Of a stretch of DNA of 64,000 nucleotides, positions 37,216-49,156 are shown piece after piece (the stretch's first letter is position 1; every line of letters begins with the position of its first letter). The notes beneath the pieces are model-generated. The model saw only the letters and a program-made list of their open reading frames with translations. It searched no databases and was not told the DNA's origin. Origin of the DNA: Basidiobolus meristosporus CBS 931.73 (taxonomy: Eukaryota; Fungi; Basidiobolomycota); NCBI GenBank assembly GCA_002104905.1, contig MCFE01000022.1, forward strand, positions 62,001-126,000. Direction: 5' to 3'. The position numbers and the translations under genes are program-made.

Positions 37216-40200
37216 TGTTACAAGTCTTGGTATAGGAGTTGTAGAGGAATAGCAAGTTTAGCTAGTATTGTATTCATTAAGACTTGAGCTGATCTTTGTT
37301 GAGGTTCCAGCAGCTCCTTATATACATTTTGCCAGGTCAATTGCTTACTAACTGTATTTCCTATTGTAGGTTGTGGCTGATGACTCAGTTGATTGCATCA
37401 TCATCACCCAATAAGATCCTACTTAATATATCTATTTCTGTCTGATAAGGATCTGCTGATTCATTTGCTGACTAATGCCACTGATTTCATCGATAATACT
37501 GATATACTGATAACCTAAACATATACTAATTGATTTGACTAAGAACTGATCTAACTTAAACATTCAAGGGGCAGATCATAACATTCTCCCCCACTAAAGT
37601 TGAGAGGGTTCTCCTGAATCTCTTTTCTTGTGATACCAATATCTTGATGGTTCAGTATTATCAGCAAGTCTTGCAAGCTTGAGTCTGTCCCTATGCACAA
37701 AGTCTTCTTGGATATTGCCTTGTTTGTCCACTAGTTGGTAAGTTGCAAATGGACATTCTCTGATGATCTTGGATGGTCCTGTTCATTGTGGCTCAAACTT
37801 CTTCCAAGTGTTGTTTCTTAGTAGTACAAAGTTTCCAACTGTCAATGCTTCTGGTGCTATAGTCTTATCAAATCTCTGCTTCATCTTTTCTGCACTTTGA
37901 GATACTTTGGTCTGTGCCTCTTGATGTCTTTGTTCCAGTTGCTGGTGTCTACTGGGCTGACTAAGTTCATCTTCTAAGGTGTCTGTAAGCTTTGGTTGTG
38001 TGAGATCTCCTGGAATCCTTGGTTCACATCCATACACTAAGTAAAATGGCAATTGCTGGGTGGTGTTGTGCACTCTGACTCTGCATGCAAAGAGTGCTTG
38101 GTCTATATACTCATCCCATCTACTGGCAATTCCATTTGCATACTTGGTCAGCATTTTTCTAAATAATCCATTAAACTATTCAGTGACTCCATTAGTTCTG
38201 GGGTGATATACCAAGGTTTTCAAGTGTTTGATCTGCTGCATTTCCAGGTAAGCTTCCAATGTCTTTGCCATAAAGTTTTTACCTCTATCAGATAGAATCT
38301 CTACAGGGCCTCCAAACTTCATAAGGATCTCATGGTAGATGAAACTTGCAACTTCTTGTTCACTGGCCATAGGTATAGCTTTAGCCACTGGCTATTTGGT
38401 GGCATGGTCTATTGCTACTAGGATCCAACAGTTGCATTTCCTTGTAGATGGAAGTCTTCCAATAAAGTCAATTCCCCATCTTTCAAATGGTCTTACAGGC
38501 TCCAAGGGAAAGAGTTTAGCAATTCTATGTGGTTGGCCTTGGTTGATTTGGCAATTTGGGCATGTTTTCACTAGCTTCTCAATGTCTTGTTTCATTCTGG
38601 GCCACCACGCACTGGCTTTCACAAGACTATAGGATCCTTCAATTCCAAGATGTCCATATCCATTGTGTAGCTTATAGACTTGTTCTGTTGGATAGTGCCA
38701 CATTGAGCCATGAGTGCCAAATGATGCCATAGTGTGCCAGAGAGAACAAGTGAGCCTATACTTGGCCACAGAGTGTGAAACATAGATCTGCATCTTCATG
38801 CAAAGCAGCCCCTGTGTTTCACCTATAATGCAGGAGAAAATCCATTTTTTGATGTTTTTTTGTGGATCAATATTGTGCAGGATGTGTGAGCACACTAATG
38901 TATTGAAGATATACATCTGGTACTAAGTACCCATTGCACTCTTAATCTAGCTCCTGTGGCTTGTAACATGTCACAAAAATGCATGGCACTATCTTGGTCC
39001 ACTGGTACTATCCAACACTATATTTAAATATTAGCCCTAAAGTAAGATCAATACAAAGCACTTATAGTGCCAGATAGTACTAGTGGATCAAGATAGTGCC
39101 ATGCATTTTTGTGACATGTTGCAAGCCACAGGAGCTAGATTTAGAGTGCCATGGGTATTGAGTACCAGATGAGTATCTTCAATCCATTTGTGCACTTACA
39201 CATCCTTTACAACATTGACCTAAAGAAAAAGGTCCAAAAATGGATTTTATCCATGACAATGAGTGAAACACAGGGGCTGCTTTGCATGAAGATGCAGAGC
39301 TGTGCTGCACACTCTGTGGCCAAGTGTAGGCTCACTTGGCCTCCCTGGCACACTATGGCATCATTTGGCACTCATGGCTCAATGTGGCACTATCCAACAG
39401 AACAAGTCTTATGTATTAAATCCAGGCAAGAAACATAAGGGCAATAGGCAATAGGACTTCCATCAACAATTTGGTAGAGTGTTTCATCTTGAACTACAAA
39501 TTTGCTGGCTTCATCCCAGATTATCTTCTTGATATCTTCATCCACCTCATTAGGAATGGCTTGGTCCTCCAATACTTTGGTAATAGGCTAGGCCAATCTG
39601 ATTCATGCACCAAGTTGAGTTGTGCAACTTGTTCTAATCTTGAGAAGGCATCAGCAACCATGTTGTTCTTTCCAGGGCTGTAGACAATTTCCAAGTTAAA
39701 TTGCTGAATGTATTCACTCCATCTTGTCATTCTTCTAGAGAGTACCTTCTGAGTAAATATATACTTGAGGGAGGCATGATCAGTCTTCACAGTGCATTTG
39801 ACTCCTTCAATATAGCATCTCCATGTCTTCAATCAGTGTATTGTAGCAAGCATCCCCTTCTCATTGACTGGATAGTTTTGTTCTGCTGAGTTCAGTTTCT
39901 TGGATTCAAAGGCAACAGGGTAGTCCTTTCCCCCATGTTCTTGGCTCAATACTTCACTAATTGCATAATCTGAAGTATCTGTGCACACAGTGAACTCTTT
40001 TCTGAAGTTTGGTATTCTTAAGCTTGGCAGCTTAGCAAGTTCATTCTTGAGCATCTGGAAGGTAGTCTCACAAGCTATGTCCCACTTGTAGGTATTGTCT
40101 TTCATGAGGATATCAGTTAAAGGGGCTGCAATACTTGCGAAAGACTTGACAAATCTCCAATAATAGGAAACCATTCCAAGGAATGATCTGAGCTCTGATA

Positions 40201-42863
40201 TGCTATGGGGCTGCTTCAGATTCTTGATTACTTCCACCTTCTTAGGGTCTAAGGTTACTCCTGTGCTAGTCACTATGTGTCCCAGATATTCAATGTGTTC
40301 CTTGAAGAATTCACACTAGGGTAGCTTGCCATAATGCTTGTTCCTTCTTTGCTTCTTCAAGACCTTTTCAATGTGCACCAAGTGATCCTCTTCTGTCTTG
40401 CTGTATATCAGTATATCATCTAGGTAGATTATGACAAACTTGTCTAAGTACTCCTGGAAGACAGTCTGCGTCAGGGTCATGAAAGTTGCAGGGGCATTGG
40501 TGAGGCCAAAACTCATGACTAAGTACCTGTAATGTCCATATCTGGTCCTGAATGCTGTCTTAGGGATGTCTTCTGGCTTCACCCTAATCTGGTTGTATCC
40601 TAACATGAGGTCAATCTTGCTGAAAATAGTGGCTCCATTGAGTTGGTCTAAGAGCTCATCAATCCAAGGTATGGGGTACTTGTTCTTCACGGTAACTGAG
40701 TTGAGGACTCTGTAGTCAATGCACATCCTAAGTGTTCCATCCTTCTTCTTCACAAAAAGTACTGGTGCTCCCCAAGGTGACTTGCTGGGTCTGATATATC
40801 CTTGCTCCAGTAACTGATCTATTTGTCTCTTCATCTCTTCCAACTCCAATGAACTCATTCTGTAAGGTGTCTTACTCACTGGAGGGCTATCTCCTGTTTC
40901 AATGGCATGATCCACATCTCTGACTGGTGGTAGGCTTACAAGTTCTTCTGGAAACATGTCTGAATATTTCTTCAAGAGAGTCTGGACCTGCTGGGGTGCT
41001 GGGGTAGAGGAATCCTCCTGTTATACTGCCATGAGGAACATTGGAGTACCTTTTCAAAGTGCTCTACAGAACTGGGTCTTGTTAAGTTCACTTGTCTCAT
41101 ACATACTGGAATTGACCAAGTTGAAATCTAGCCTGGCAGGTAATAGCTCATAGGTCTTGTTGTCCTTTTGGATCTGAGTAGCATGGGTTCTCCAGTTGAC
41201 TAATGGATTACAACAAAATAGCCAGGCTTTCCCAAGTTCAAGGTCAAACTTGCAGTTCCCAAATATATAGGCCTGTAGATCTTCTTCATAGTCATTGATC
41301 ATCATCCTTACTGGCTGAGTAATACGGTTGATTATGTGAGAGTTCCCATCAGCTGTTGAGACTGATGTTGATTTGGTAGGTTCCAAGTTGACTCCAGCTT
41401 TCAAGGTAAATTGTTCTGACATGTATTCATGTGATGCTCCTGAGTCAATCATGATTTTGGCAGGTACTCCATTGATTACTCCAATCAAGTACAATAACTT
41501 TGCTGAGTTTGAGGTCATTTGGGACAAGTACTCTTCTTCATATGGAAGGTGAGTTCTGAGTCTTCTTCAAGCTCATCCTCCACATTACTGTGTTCATGGG
41601 ACTCAATATGGTGGAAGGTTCTTGTTGGCTGGTGTCCATTTCTTCTCTGGGGGCAGTACTTTGAGATGTGTCCTTGCTGGTGGCAATTGAAACAAAGTTC
41701 TTTCTTCCTGCATTCTTCTGAGGTGGGGTTCTTCTGCATAGCATCTATTTGCATTGGTACTGCTTCTGACTGTCTTCTTTCATAATGATTGTAGCCTTTC
41801 TGATTAGTCACTGTAGGCCTCCCAACTCCAAACATAGCTGAGTCATAGTCAATGGCAATCTTGATGGCTTCTTCAATAGTCTGAGGTCTTTGATATTTCA
41901 CTTCCTTGCAAGTTCTTTCTTTCAACCCATCAATAAAGTATTCAACTTGATCCAGGGGGTCCATTCTTTCAGTTTGCCCAAGTAGACATCTGTACTCATA
42001 GATCTATTCTTGAACCATTCCTTTCTGTCTGAGTGTCTTTAACTTCCATCTTAGTAGTGTCTGCTGGTGTGGAGGTTTAAAAGCATCCTGAATTTTCAAC
42101 TCAAACTCATCCCAGGTAGAGATTGTAGAGCATCCCATCATGGTGGCTGACCTGATCTTGTTGTGGTACCACTGTAAAGCTGCATCAGCCAGGTAAGAGG
42201 CTGCATAATGTAACTTGCTTTCTGGAGCAATTCCTTTAGCCTTAAAAGCTTCTTCAATCTGAAAGAGCAAAGTTCCCAGGTTTCATTGACTCTGCCATGG
42301 TACTGGTTGACCTTCACACTAAAGTTGCTCTTGACAGGGCTTTGCTGGCTCTGAGCCATGGTAGTCATTCCTTGTTACTGTTGGCTGAGGATCTGGAGTA
42401 ACTGTTGCTGTTGGGCCAGGATTTGCTGCATGGCATTCTTCCATTCTTGATTGTCCAACATCTTGAGGGTGGTTTCTGGTTATTGCTGCTACCAATGTTA
42501 CAAGCCTTGATATAAGAGTCGTAGAGAAATAGGGAGTTTAGCTAGTATTGTATTCACTAAGACTTGAACTGATCTTTGTTGCGGTTCCAGCAGCTCCTTA
42601 TATACATTTTGCCAGGTCAATTGCTGACTAATTGTATTTCCTAATGTAGGTTGTGGCTGATGACTCATCTGATTGCATCATCATCACCCAATAAGATTCT
42701 ACTTAATATATCTATTTCTGTCTGATAAGGATCTGCTGATTCATTTGCTGACTAATGCTACTGATTTCATAGATAATACTGATATACTGATAACCTAAAC
42801 ATATACTAATTGATTTGACTAAAAACTGATCTAACTTAAACATTCAGGCGGCAGATCATAACA
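37216..42863 (-). mobile_element. Full-length Ty3/gypsy family 'A' (decayed ORFs)
   Basis: 368-bp LTRs at 37216-37583 and 42496-42863, 4-bp TSD CTGG, PBS TGGTAGCAGC (initiator-tRNA-Met-like), PPT TAGTGGGGGAGAA. Gag CCHC (CFNCHQQGHISKYC), protease IDSGAS, RT YLDD, RNase H and integrase; no chromodomain. Confidence 0.95.
38676..39409. mobile_element. 734-bp foldback element (about 345-bp inverted arms, about 42-bp spacer), PHIS-derived
   Basis: Both ends read AGACTTGTTCTGTTGGATAGTGCCAC, the same as the right terminus of 55486-58885. TSD TAT. Removal restores the integrase segment LDLIHKLHNGYGH seen at about 27080. Confidence 0.93.
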
Positions 42864-43499
42864 CTGGAAGGTTCTAAGAGGCACAGCACATCCAGCCAAT
42901 CAGGAATCAGTATTCTGAATCCTGTGTAAGATAGGGAAACCATATATGGTATGGAAATGGTTGGGATGGTGTCACAGGTTGATCATGTGTCACGGGTACT
43001 GGTGCGGGTACTTGCCTAATATAGAAGCACTTATAGCTAGTAGTCTTACATAAAGTGAGGGGTAACTTTTGCAATAAGGTAAGCAGGTGTGATAGTCAAC
43101 CGGCTTATGGGATAGTGCTGATCAGGTAAGACAAATGGGATAAACTAAAATAAGCGTAGTAGAGATATAAGGAAGTAGAAAATATGGGAATGAGCACATA
43201 TGTCAGTGGGTGTCACTGTCACCCCACTACACCGTGGGTGGATCCAATCCGGATCATTCATCAAGATCCTGTTTAGAGGCCGTCATAATAACAGCAGCTT
43301 TGAATTAGTGACCCTCCTGACAATCTGATAACAAGATCATGAAAGTGTTTTGCGGATTTTGCAGCCAAATAAAGAGATAAAACTTGATGATTTTTGATTG
43401 ATGCTGTGACAATATTTGCATGGTATTGTTGCAGTCTTTCAGCACTCTATTACTATTTTAAGTGGATCCAGTTGGCCAGGACTTCAAGTTGCCTTATAT

Positions 43500-46400
43500 G
43501 GAAAGAAACTGGACGGTATTTTGATGGTCTCTCAACAAGACTCTGATGGCTTTTTCTTGGCAGTATGACAGCCTGACACTGGTTCTGTATAATGCTACCA
43601 TACCAATTTTCCAAATGGTATTTCCTTTATCTATCTCCCCTTGTGCAATTCATGTATTTCATTGTAGAATCACCTTTCTTTATTTGCTTACCCACTACTA
43701 CCTTGTGTATACCACATATAGCTTAAATCAAAAAAAACTATGGCCTCCTGCTTACTAACCTCAACAAATGCACACACCTGCTGCAATTGACATATTTCTG
43801 TCACCTCAACTTTACGGCTTTTTAGTGTGATACTTGCAAAGTTGCCATATACCTTGTACTGCTGGTAGCGTATGCATCTTGCAAACATATGCTTGGTTGT
43901 TGCCACTTCTGCCATGAATACTTCCTGAATATTAGCATAGAACTTCTTGGTATTTAACCAGTATATTCCTTCTCCCTGCTGGATTTTAGTCCCCCTTATA
44001 GGTGCGCTCTGGCTTTTGTTTGTGTAAATTCAGTATTGAATGGTGTAGAAGTTGGCTTGTGACTACAAGAAATCTGGCATATCTTGGTGGAGTTTTCCTG
44101 ATAAAAATTAGTTGCTTGTTGCACCCTATCTAACTTTGCATTACCTAACTGATTACCCACACATTGGGGCTGCTTAGCTTCTTAATTCCATTGGTATAAG
44201 TGTCTCAATGTGCACATTTGTCCTTAGTATTTTCCAACTCTTTCTGGCTGTCCTTCATGTGCCAATGTTGTAACATCCTTGAAAGACTAGAAAGTAATAT
44301 TCTTGAGGAGATTGGGATATGGTAGTACCTGCAACTTGACTTGTCTTCCTATCTCCCTACACATCCACTCCATAGGAAACTCCCAAAAGGTGAAGCACAG
44401 CCCAATATTCTCCACACACTGTGCAAGATGGAGTAGAGAATGGATACAGTAGCGGCAGAGATCTACGTGTTCAGCTTTATGTTTGTAGTATAGCTGCTCA
44501 AATCCTGTCACAAACTCCTCACACAACAGCTGTAGATGCGTCAAGTTGGCATTGGTGATCCACTTCTGGATAAATATTACTAGAATGTCCACATTCAACT
44601 CCCAATGCTCCCAATGTACTCTTGGTAGGAATGGCTTCTGTGTTGTAAAAATTTGGAATTCCACCTAAATATTCACCTAACTTAGTCACTTAGATCATTA
44701 CCCTCAAATCCTAGAGAATACTGATCAAATTCCTTGTCAGGATTTACTTAGAATATTTTCACCAAAATACCAGGTACCCATAATATGAAAATTCTCAAAG
44801 TTGTCCAAACAGCCCCAAACTTTGCACACATGTTCTTTGGACCTTCCTTTACCTATTCTACGTGTTTGTAATGCCAAGACTAGGTAAAAGTATAAATACT
44901 ACTTTTACATTCAATAAATCATTAAGTGAAATTCACTTAATTTACTTGTCCTCCAAATCACTTCCAACATCTCCAAGACTCTTACAACATTCTGAACACC
45001 ACTTGAATAAATACATATCCAGTTCATCCAGTCTTTGCATTTGTATTGTTGCATATGAGTGTGAATATTAATTGGAGCCGGTGAGAAGTACTCAGGGTAG
45101 CGGATACTCTGTAATATCTCGCCAATTTTTTCAAATTTCTCCGGTATCTCCAAGGGCTCATTTAGCTTGAAATACCCCATGTACAGCATGGTCATCAGTA
45201 TAAGGATATTGTTGAAAAGCAAATGCATTGCTCCCAGTGGAAAGCTTTTGCTCCAACTGATACCCTCTATCATCCATTGTGCCCTGAAAAACCTGCTGTT
45301 GTGCTGATGGCTGGGGTATCTCCAATGCAGATAATAATATGTGCTTTTACATGACGGCCATTTACCATTATCCTGCTGGAAAGCATACAAAGCTCATCCA
45401 GCAATGGATACAGGTAGCTATCCAGGTTGGGCGGTGATTTAGGCCCAGATACTAGTGAGGCTACCATCAGATTATTGCTCTGATACTGTAAGATGGGCGG
45501 CAGATTCAGATTGATGAGAATCAGTTGCCAGCAGGACTTGCTGGTAGAGTACTTGTTTAATGAGAATTCATCAAGAGCTAAAGCAAAGGCATGGTCATAC
45601 ATACCTTCAAAGTAGCCCTTGCTTCTTAGCTGTTTGTAATGTATGCCATTGAATATGTTGGATATGTTTGTGCTTGATTGATACTGAGTGTGGTACTGTA
45701 TAGCTTTGCAATATTTGTTGGACTGCATCAGCTTCCTCAGATGGGGTATGACCAGAATATATCCAGAGTGCAAACAATGTTCTCCCTCAATGGTTATGGA
45801 TTCCTGACAATTTGGACATGTTGCAATGGTGGCATTTTTGGAAGTGAATGCCATGCAACCGTAAACACATGCTGGAATCAGAAAAGTCTCTGGATCATAT
45901 GTTGCCAGCCGCATGATGGTTGTCCACTTGTACCATGTACATGGTAAGTTGCTTCCCAGTATGATTTTGGCAAGAAGTAGTAATAAATCCTTAAAGCCCC
46001 CATTACTGATATTAGTGGAAACACACCACATCTCTAGCCACAACATAACATCATTCACCAGTAGATTGATTTCAGGGCTCACTTGGCTCCATAAAGTATC
46101 CTTGGCATTTGTTTCAGTGGGTGTTATCTCATTGCACATAGGGATTTGACTGGGCTCATAAGTGGTACTGTTGTTATGGGAGATAGGCTCAAAATTCATC
46201 AGTAAACCTTCTTTGTCAGAGCTATCACTCTGTGTGCCATATTCAGAAGGCTGAGGTGAGCCTAAAGGCGTCACAAACTCACCTGACTCAGTTTGTGCAA
46301 GGTGACAAAGACTGCCAGGTGCCAATATAGTAGTATCAACTGGCTGGCAAGAAAATGTTGGTACAGTAGTGACCAATGAATGGTCAAATATGACTTGAGT

Positions 46401-46535
46401 GGCAAAACACTGGCCGTGATCCTTGTAATACTTCCTATGCTGTCTGCGTGCTTCATGGCTGAGAGGCTTGCCACAATAGCCACATGGTCTTTTTTCTCTT
46501 CTCTTACAGCTTTGAGTCAAAGTAGTCTTGTCCAT
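43500..46535 (-). pseudogene. CACTA Tnp2/Transposase_21 transposase, disrupted
   Basis: N-terminal CGYC...H, CVYGC...CPNC, ALALDEFSL, LINLNLPP, NLDSYLYPLLDEL, IGDTPA, MHLLFNNI, HSLLHL...FWEFPME. Shows an internal deletion, stops and a solo-LTR insertion. The 3' end is approximate. Confidence 0.9.
44641..44989. mobile_element. Solo LTR of family E (349 bp)
   Basis: TGTTGTAAAA...TCTTACAACA with 5-bp TSD TTCTG (44636-44640 / 44990-44994). The empty site is seen in the copy at about 32620. Confidence 0.92.
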
Positions 46536-46733
46536 GGGGCAAACAGTTTGACCTTCAACAATGTAATGCTATTATATCCCTTTTTGGTCAATACTCATGC
46601 AAACTTAAGACAGTCTTGTATTTGAGACATTGCACCTACATGAATGTAAGATTCAATGATGACCTGCAATAGTAAGCATTATAAATAAAGTTGTTGTACC
46701 ACATACAAACGTATATGTAACACTATTTCCCCT

Positions 46734-48825
46734 TTGATTCAACTCACTTCCATATATATGCTGCCAGAAAATAAAGCAAAGTTGTCTGGTTCTCAACCAA
46801 GCCCCACTGCTGATGGCAACAGAAGTACAGTTGGACAACAGCTTGCTTTAAAAATCAGTGCAACAAGCAGGGCTACATCCAAAAAAGGCCCTGTGGACAG
46901 TGTGCCCACTAAAGGTAATAATGCCGACTCCTCAGGCTCTCAGTCAAGTAGGCAATTGAGAACCTCTGCAGAGCCAGAAGCTGACTATTACGCTCAGGCA
47001 GATGAGAATGTAGCAAATGCAGTACCCTCAGTTGAAGATCAGCAAGTGGCCATGATAACATCACCACCACCCATATTAGCAAGTATGTTGCCAGCTCATA
47101 CCAAGGCATTAATGAAGCAATTAGGTGCAGTGGCTGATAGGATAGATGCAGTGGCCCAGAGATATCAGGAAGTAGTCCAGAAACAGGATGAGCGGATAAT
47201 ATGTGTGGAGCAATCAATATCCCAGGTAGAGAAAGCAGTGTCTTTGCTGCAAAGAAGGAACTCAAGTAGCTCAATGCCACAGCCAAGAATTGAGCCATTT
47301 CCTGATGTAACAGCAGAGGAACACTGTTCAGTCTTTGAAGCACAACTACAGTGCCTAAAGATAAAGCCCACAGAAAAGCCTATCACAGTGTGGGAGGGAG
47401 ACAAAGTGGTGTTTATACCAAAGCCTAAAAATTAAAAGACATTGAAGATCTGTGAAGCTGTTGAGTGCAATAATGAAGAGTGGGCTAATATACAAGAGGC
47501 TGTCAGAAGTCTAGCACACCATCACCTTAAGGCCTTTATACCATGGGACCATCAGGAACTCAAGGCCAAGCAGAATGCACTTGACTTGTTCCATGAGCAT
47601 TATCCTGGATTCAAACGGGTAAATGGATTTTGGGCCAGCATTAGTATGCTAAGAAAGTATCTTAAGAATAGCAGAAACTATCAAAGGCAGAGGAACAAGG
47701 GTGCCATGGCTAATAACCAGCGGCTTCCTCAAGAGCCTGTTACAAGCAGGGCCAATAGCTCCAGACAAGCATCAACAAGACATCAGGCAGCTAGAAGAGT
47801 GCCAATTAAGGACAGGCAGGCATACATGGATGCACCAGCACAACATTTATCAGGGAAAATGTGTAGTACCACTCAAGAAGCACCCAGTCAAAGTAGCAGT
47901 GAAGGACCTGGCAGTGATAAAAACCATCCGCTTTTACAGGAGCCTGTCACAACTACAGTTGAGAGCTAAAACAAGCTGAAAAGAAACGTCAGGTTGCCAG
48001 AAGAGTGCCAGCAAGGGACAAGCAGGCCAAAACAGATGCATTAGAGCAGAATTTATCCAGGAGAAAACATAGTTCTTTACAAGAAGCACCCAGACAAAGT
48101 TGCAGTGAAAGACCTGGCAGTGATAAAGGAAAAGGTGAAGGGAAAATGTCTACCCAAGCCTGAGAAAGGGAGGCATGCAAAAAAAACTGCAGTTCTTGCC
48201 AATTAACGCCACAAGCCTGGAGCAGACTGAATCCCATCATAGCCAAAAAGATTTACCAACAAGAGTACAGCTGTTTTTACAAGAGTTGGAAGCGCAGCCA
48301 GTTGAGCTACACTCCAGCAAGGTAGATGAGTTTGCTGAAAAAGGCAATTTGTCTACCACAGCCTCCACAGACTCCATTGTTGACAGTGTGGAGATCCCAC
48401 CAACAGACAAGGCTACAACATCAAGAGCCTAAAAGACTATCACAATGCCTTCAGTGGAGTTTTGGAACATTAATAGGCACACCAAGAGGTTGCAGCACTT
48501 CTTCAAGAGTAGTGCTCAAGAAAATGCACTGGAATATTGCAAGGATTTATTGCAAAGACTGACAGATGAGGAGCTAGACCTTGCAGTGCCAGCTGAAGAC
48601 CAGAACATGTGGGAACCAGTAAATGAACAGTGGCATAAAGCTGTTGGGTTCCTGCCTGAGTTGCAGAACCAGAGCATTACAGCAGAGATACTTATTGAGT
48701 GGTGGATTTTAATGAAGTTACTTGTTGAGTGTGGGGTAGTGCTTAATGTTAGTGTAGGGTATAGAGACTTGTACAGATCAATACAATTGGCAATTGAGGT
48801 ACAACTGAAGTTTCAACAGAAATAA
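46734..48825 (+). pseudogene. CACTA accessory ORF2 (about 700 aa if repaired)
   Basis: ORFs 46734-47435 and 47442-47969 are in one frame, separated by a single TAA (CAA in the copy at about 30810). Frameshifted pieces follow to 48825. The ORF recurs in at least four other copies. Confidence 0.75.
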
Positions 48826-49156
48826 ATCAATTTGTATGCACAAAAAGTAAGAGAAATGGTTGAGTCAGGAAGTAAGGAGTGTGAAAAAGAGGCAATAGCC
48901 AATCAATTCACACAAATGTAGGAGGCAATAGAGTGTCCAGGATCAGAAAGAGAGCAAATTGGCAGGGAACCAATCAAAAGCCACTTATACATTGTTGTGA
49001 TGAAAAATTTTGACAGAGTTTTTTGTGAAATCTGGGGTGCAATTATTTTTCAATGGTCTCTGGACTCTGTCCTGACAAGATTAGTACCTCTTAGTCTTGG
49101 GACATTAAGTTTGTGACAGCCTTTTGATGGGTTTATCTCAAAAAATTTTCATAGGG

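Larger units (their letters stand above)
36510..43231 (-). mobile_element. Solo LTR of family B (about 1.07 kb net), split by gypsy A
   Basis: Ends TGTGGTGG.../...CCCCACTACA with 4-bp TSD CCGC/CCGT. The halves 36510-37215 and 42864-43231 rejoin to match 52639-53650. Confidence 0.85.
36484..49156. mobile_element. CACTA/EnSpm-like DNA transposon (about 6 kb net) carrying nested insertions
   Basis: Left end TGCTATGAAAAATAATTTGG, right end AAAAATTTTCATAGGG, 3-bp TSD ATA (36481-36483 / 49157-49159). Encodes a Tnp2-type transposase and a divergent ORF2. Confidence 0.88.

Noticed and set aside
17657-39409. Recurrent GTGCCA/TGGCAC motifs as a CRISPR-like or satellite array
   Set aside because: Spacing is irregular, the motifs are confined to TIR-bounded elements, and the context is eukaryotic. 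They are subterminal transposon motifs.
41500-41560. Frame change between gag and protease in gypsy-A as a programmed frameshift
   Set aside because: The element has many other indels, no clear slippery heptamer is visible, and the second copy is deleted here.
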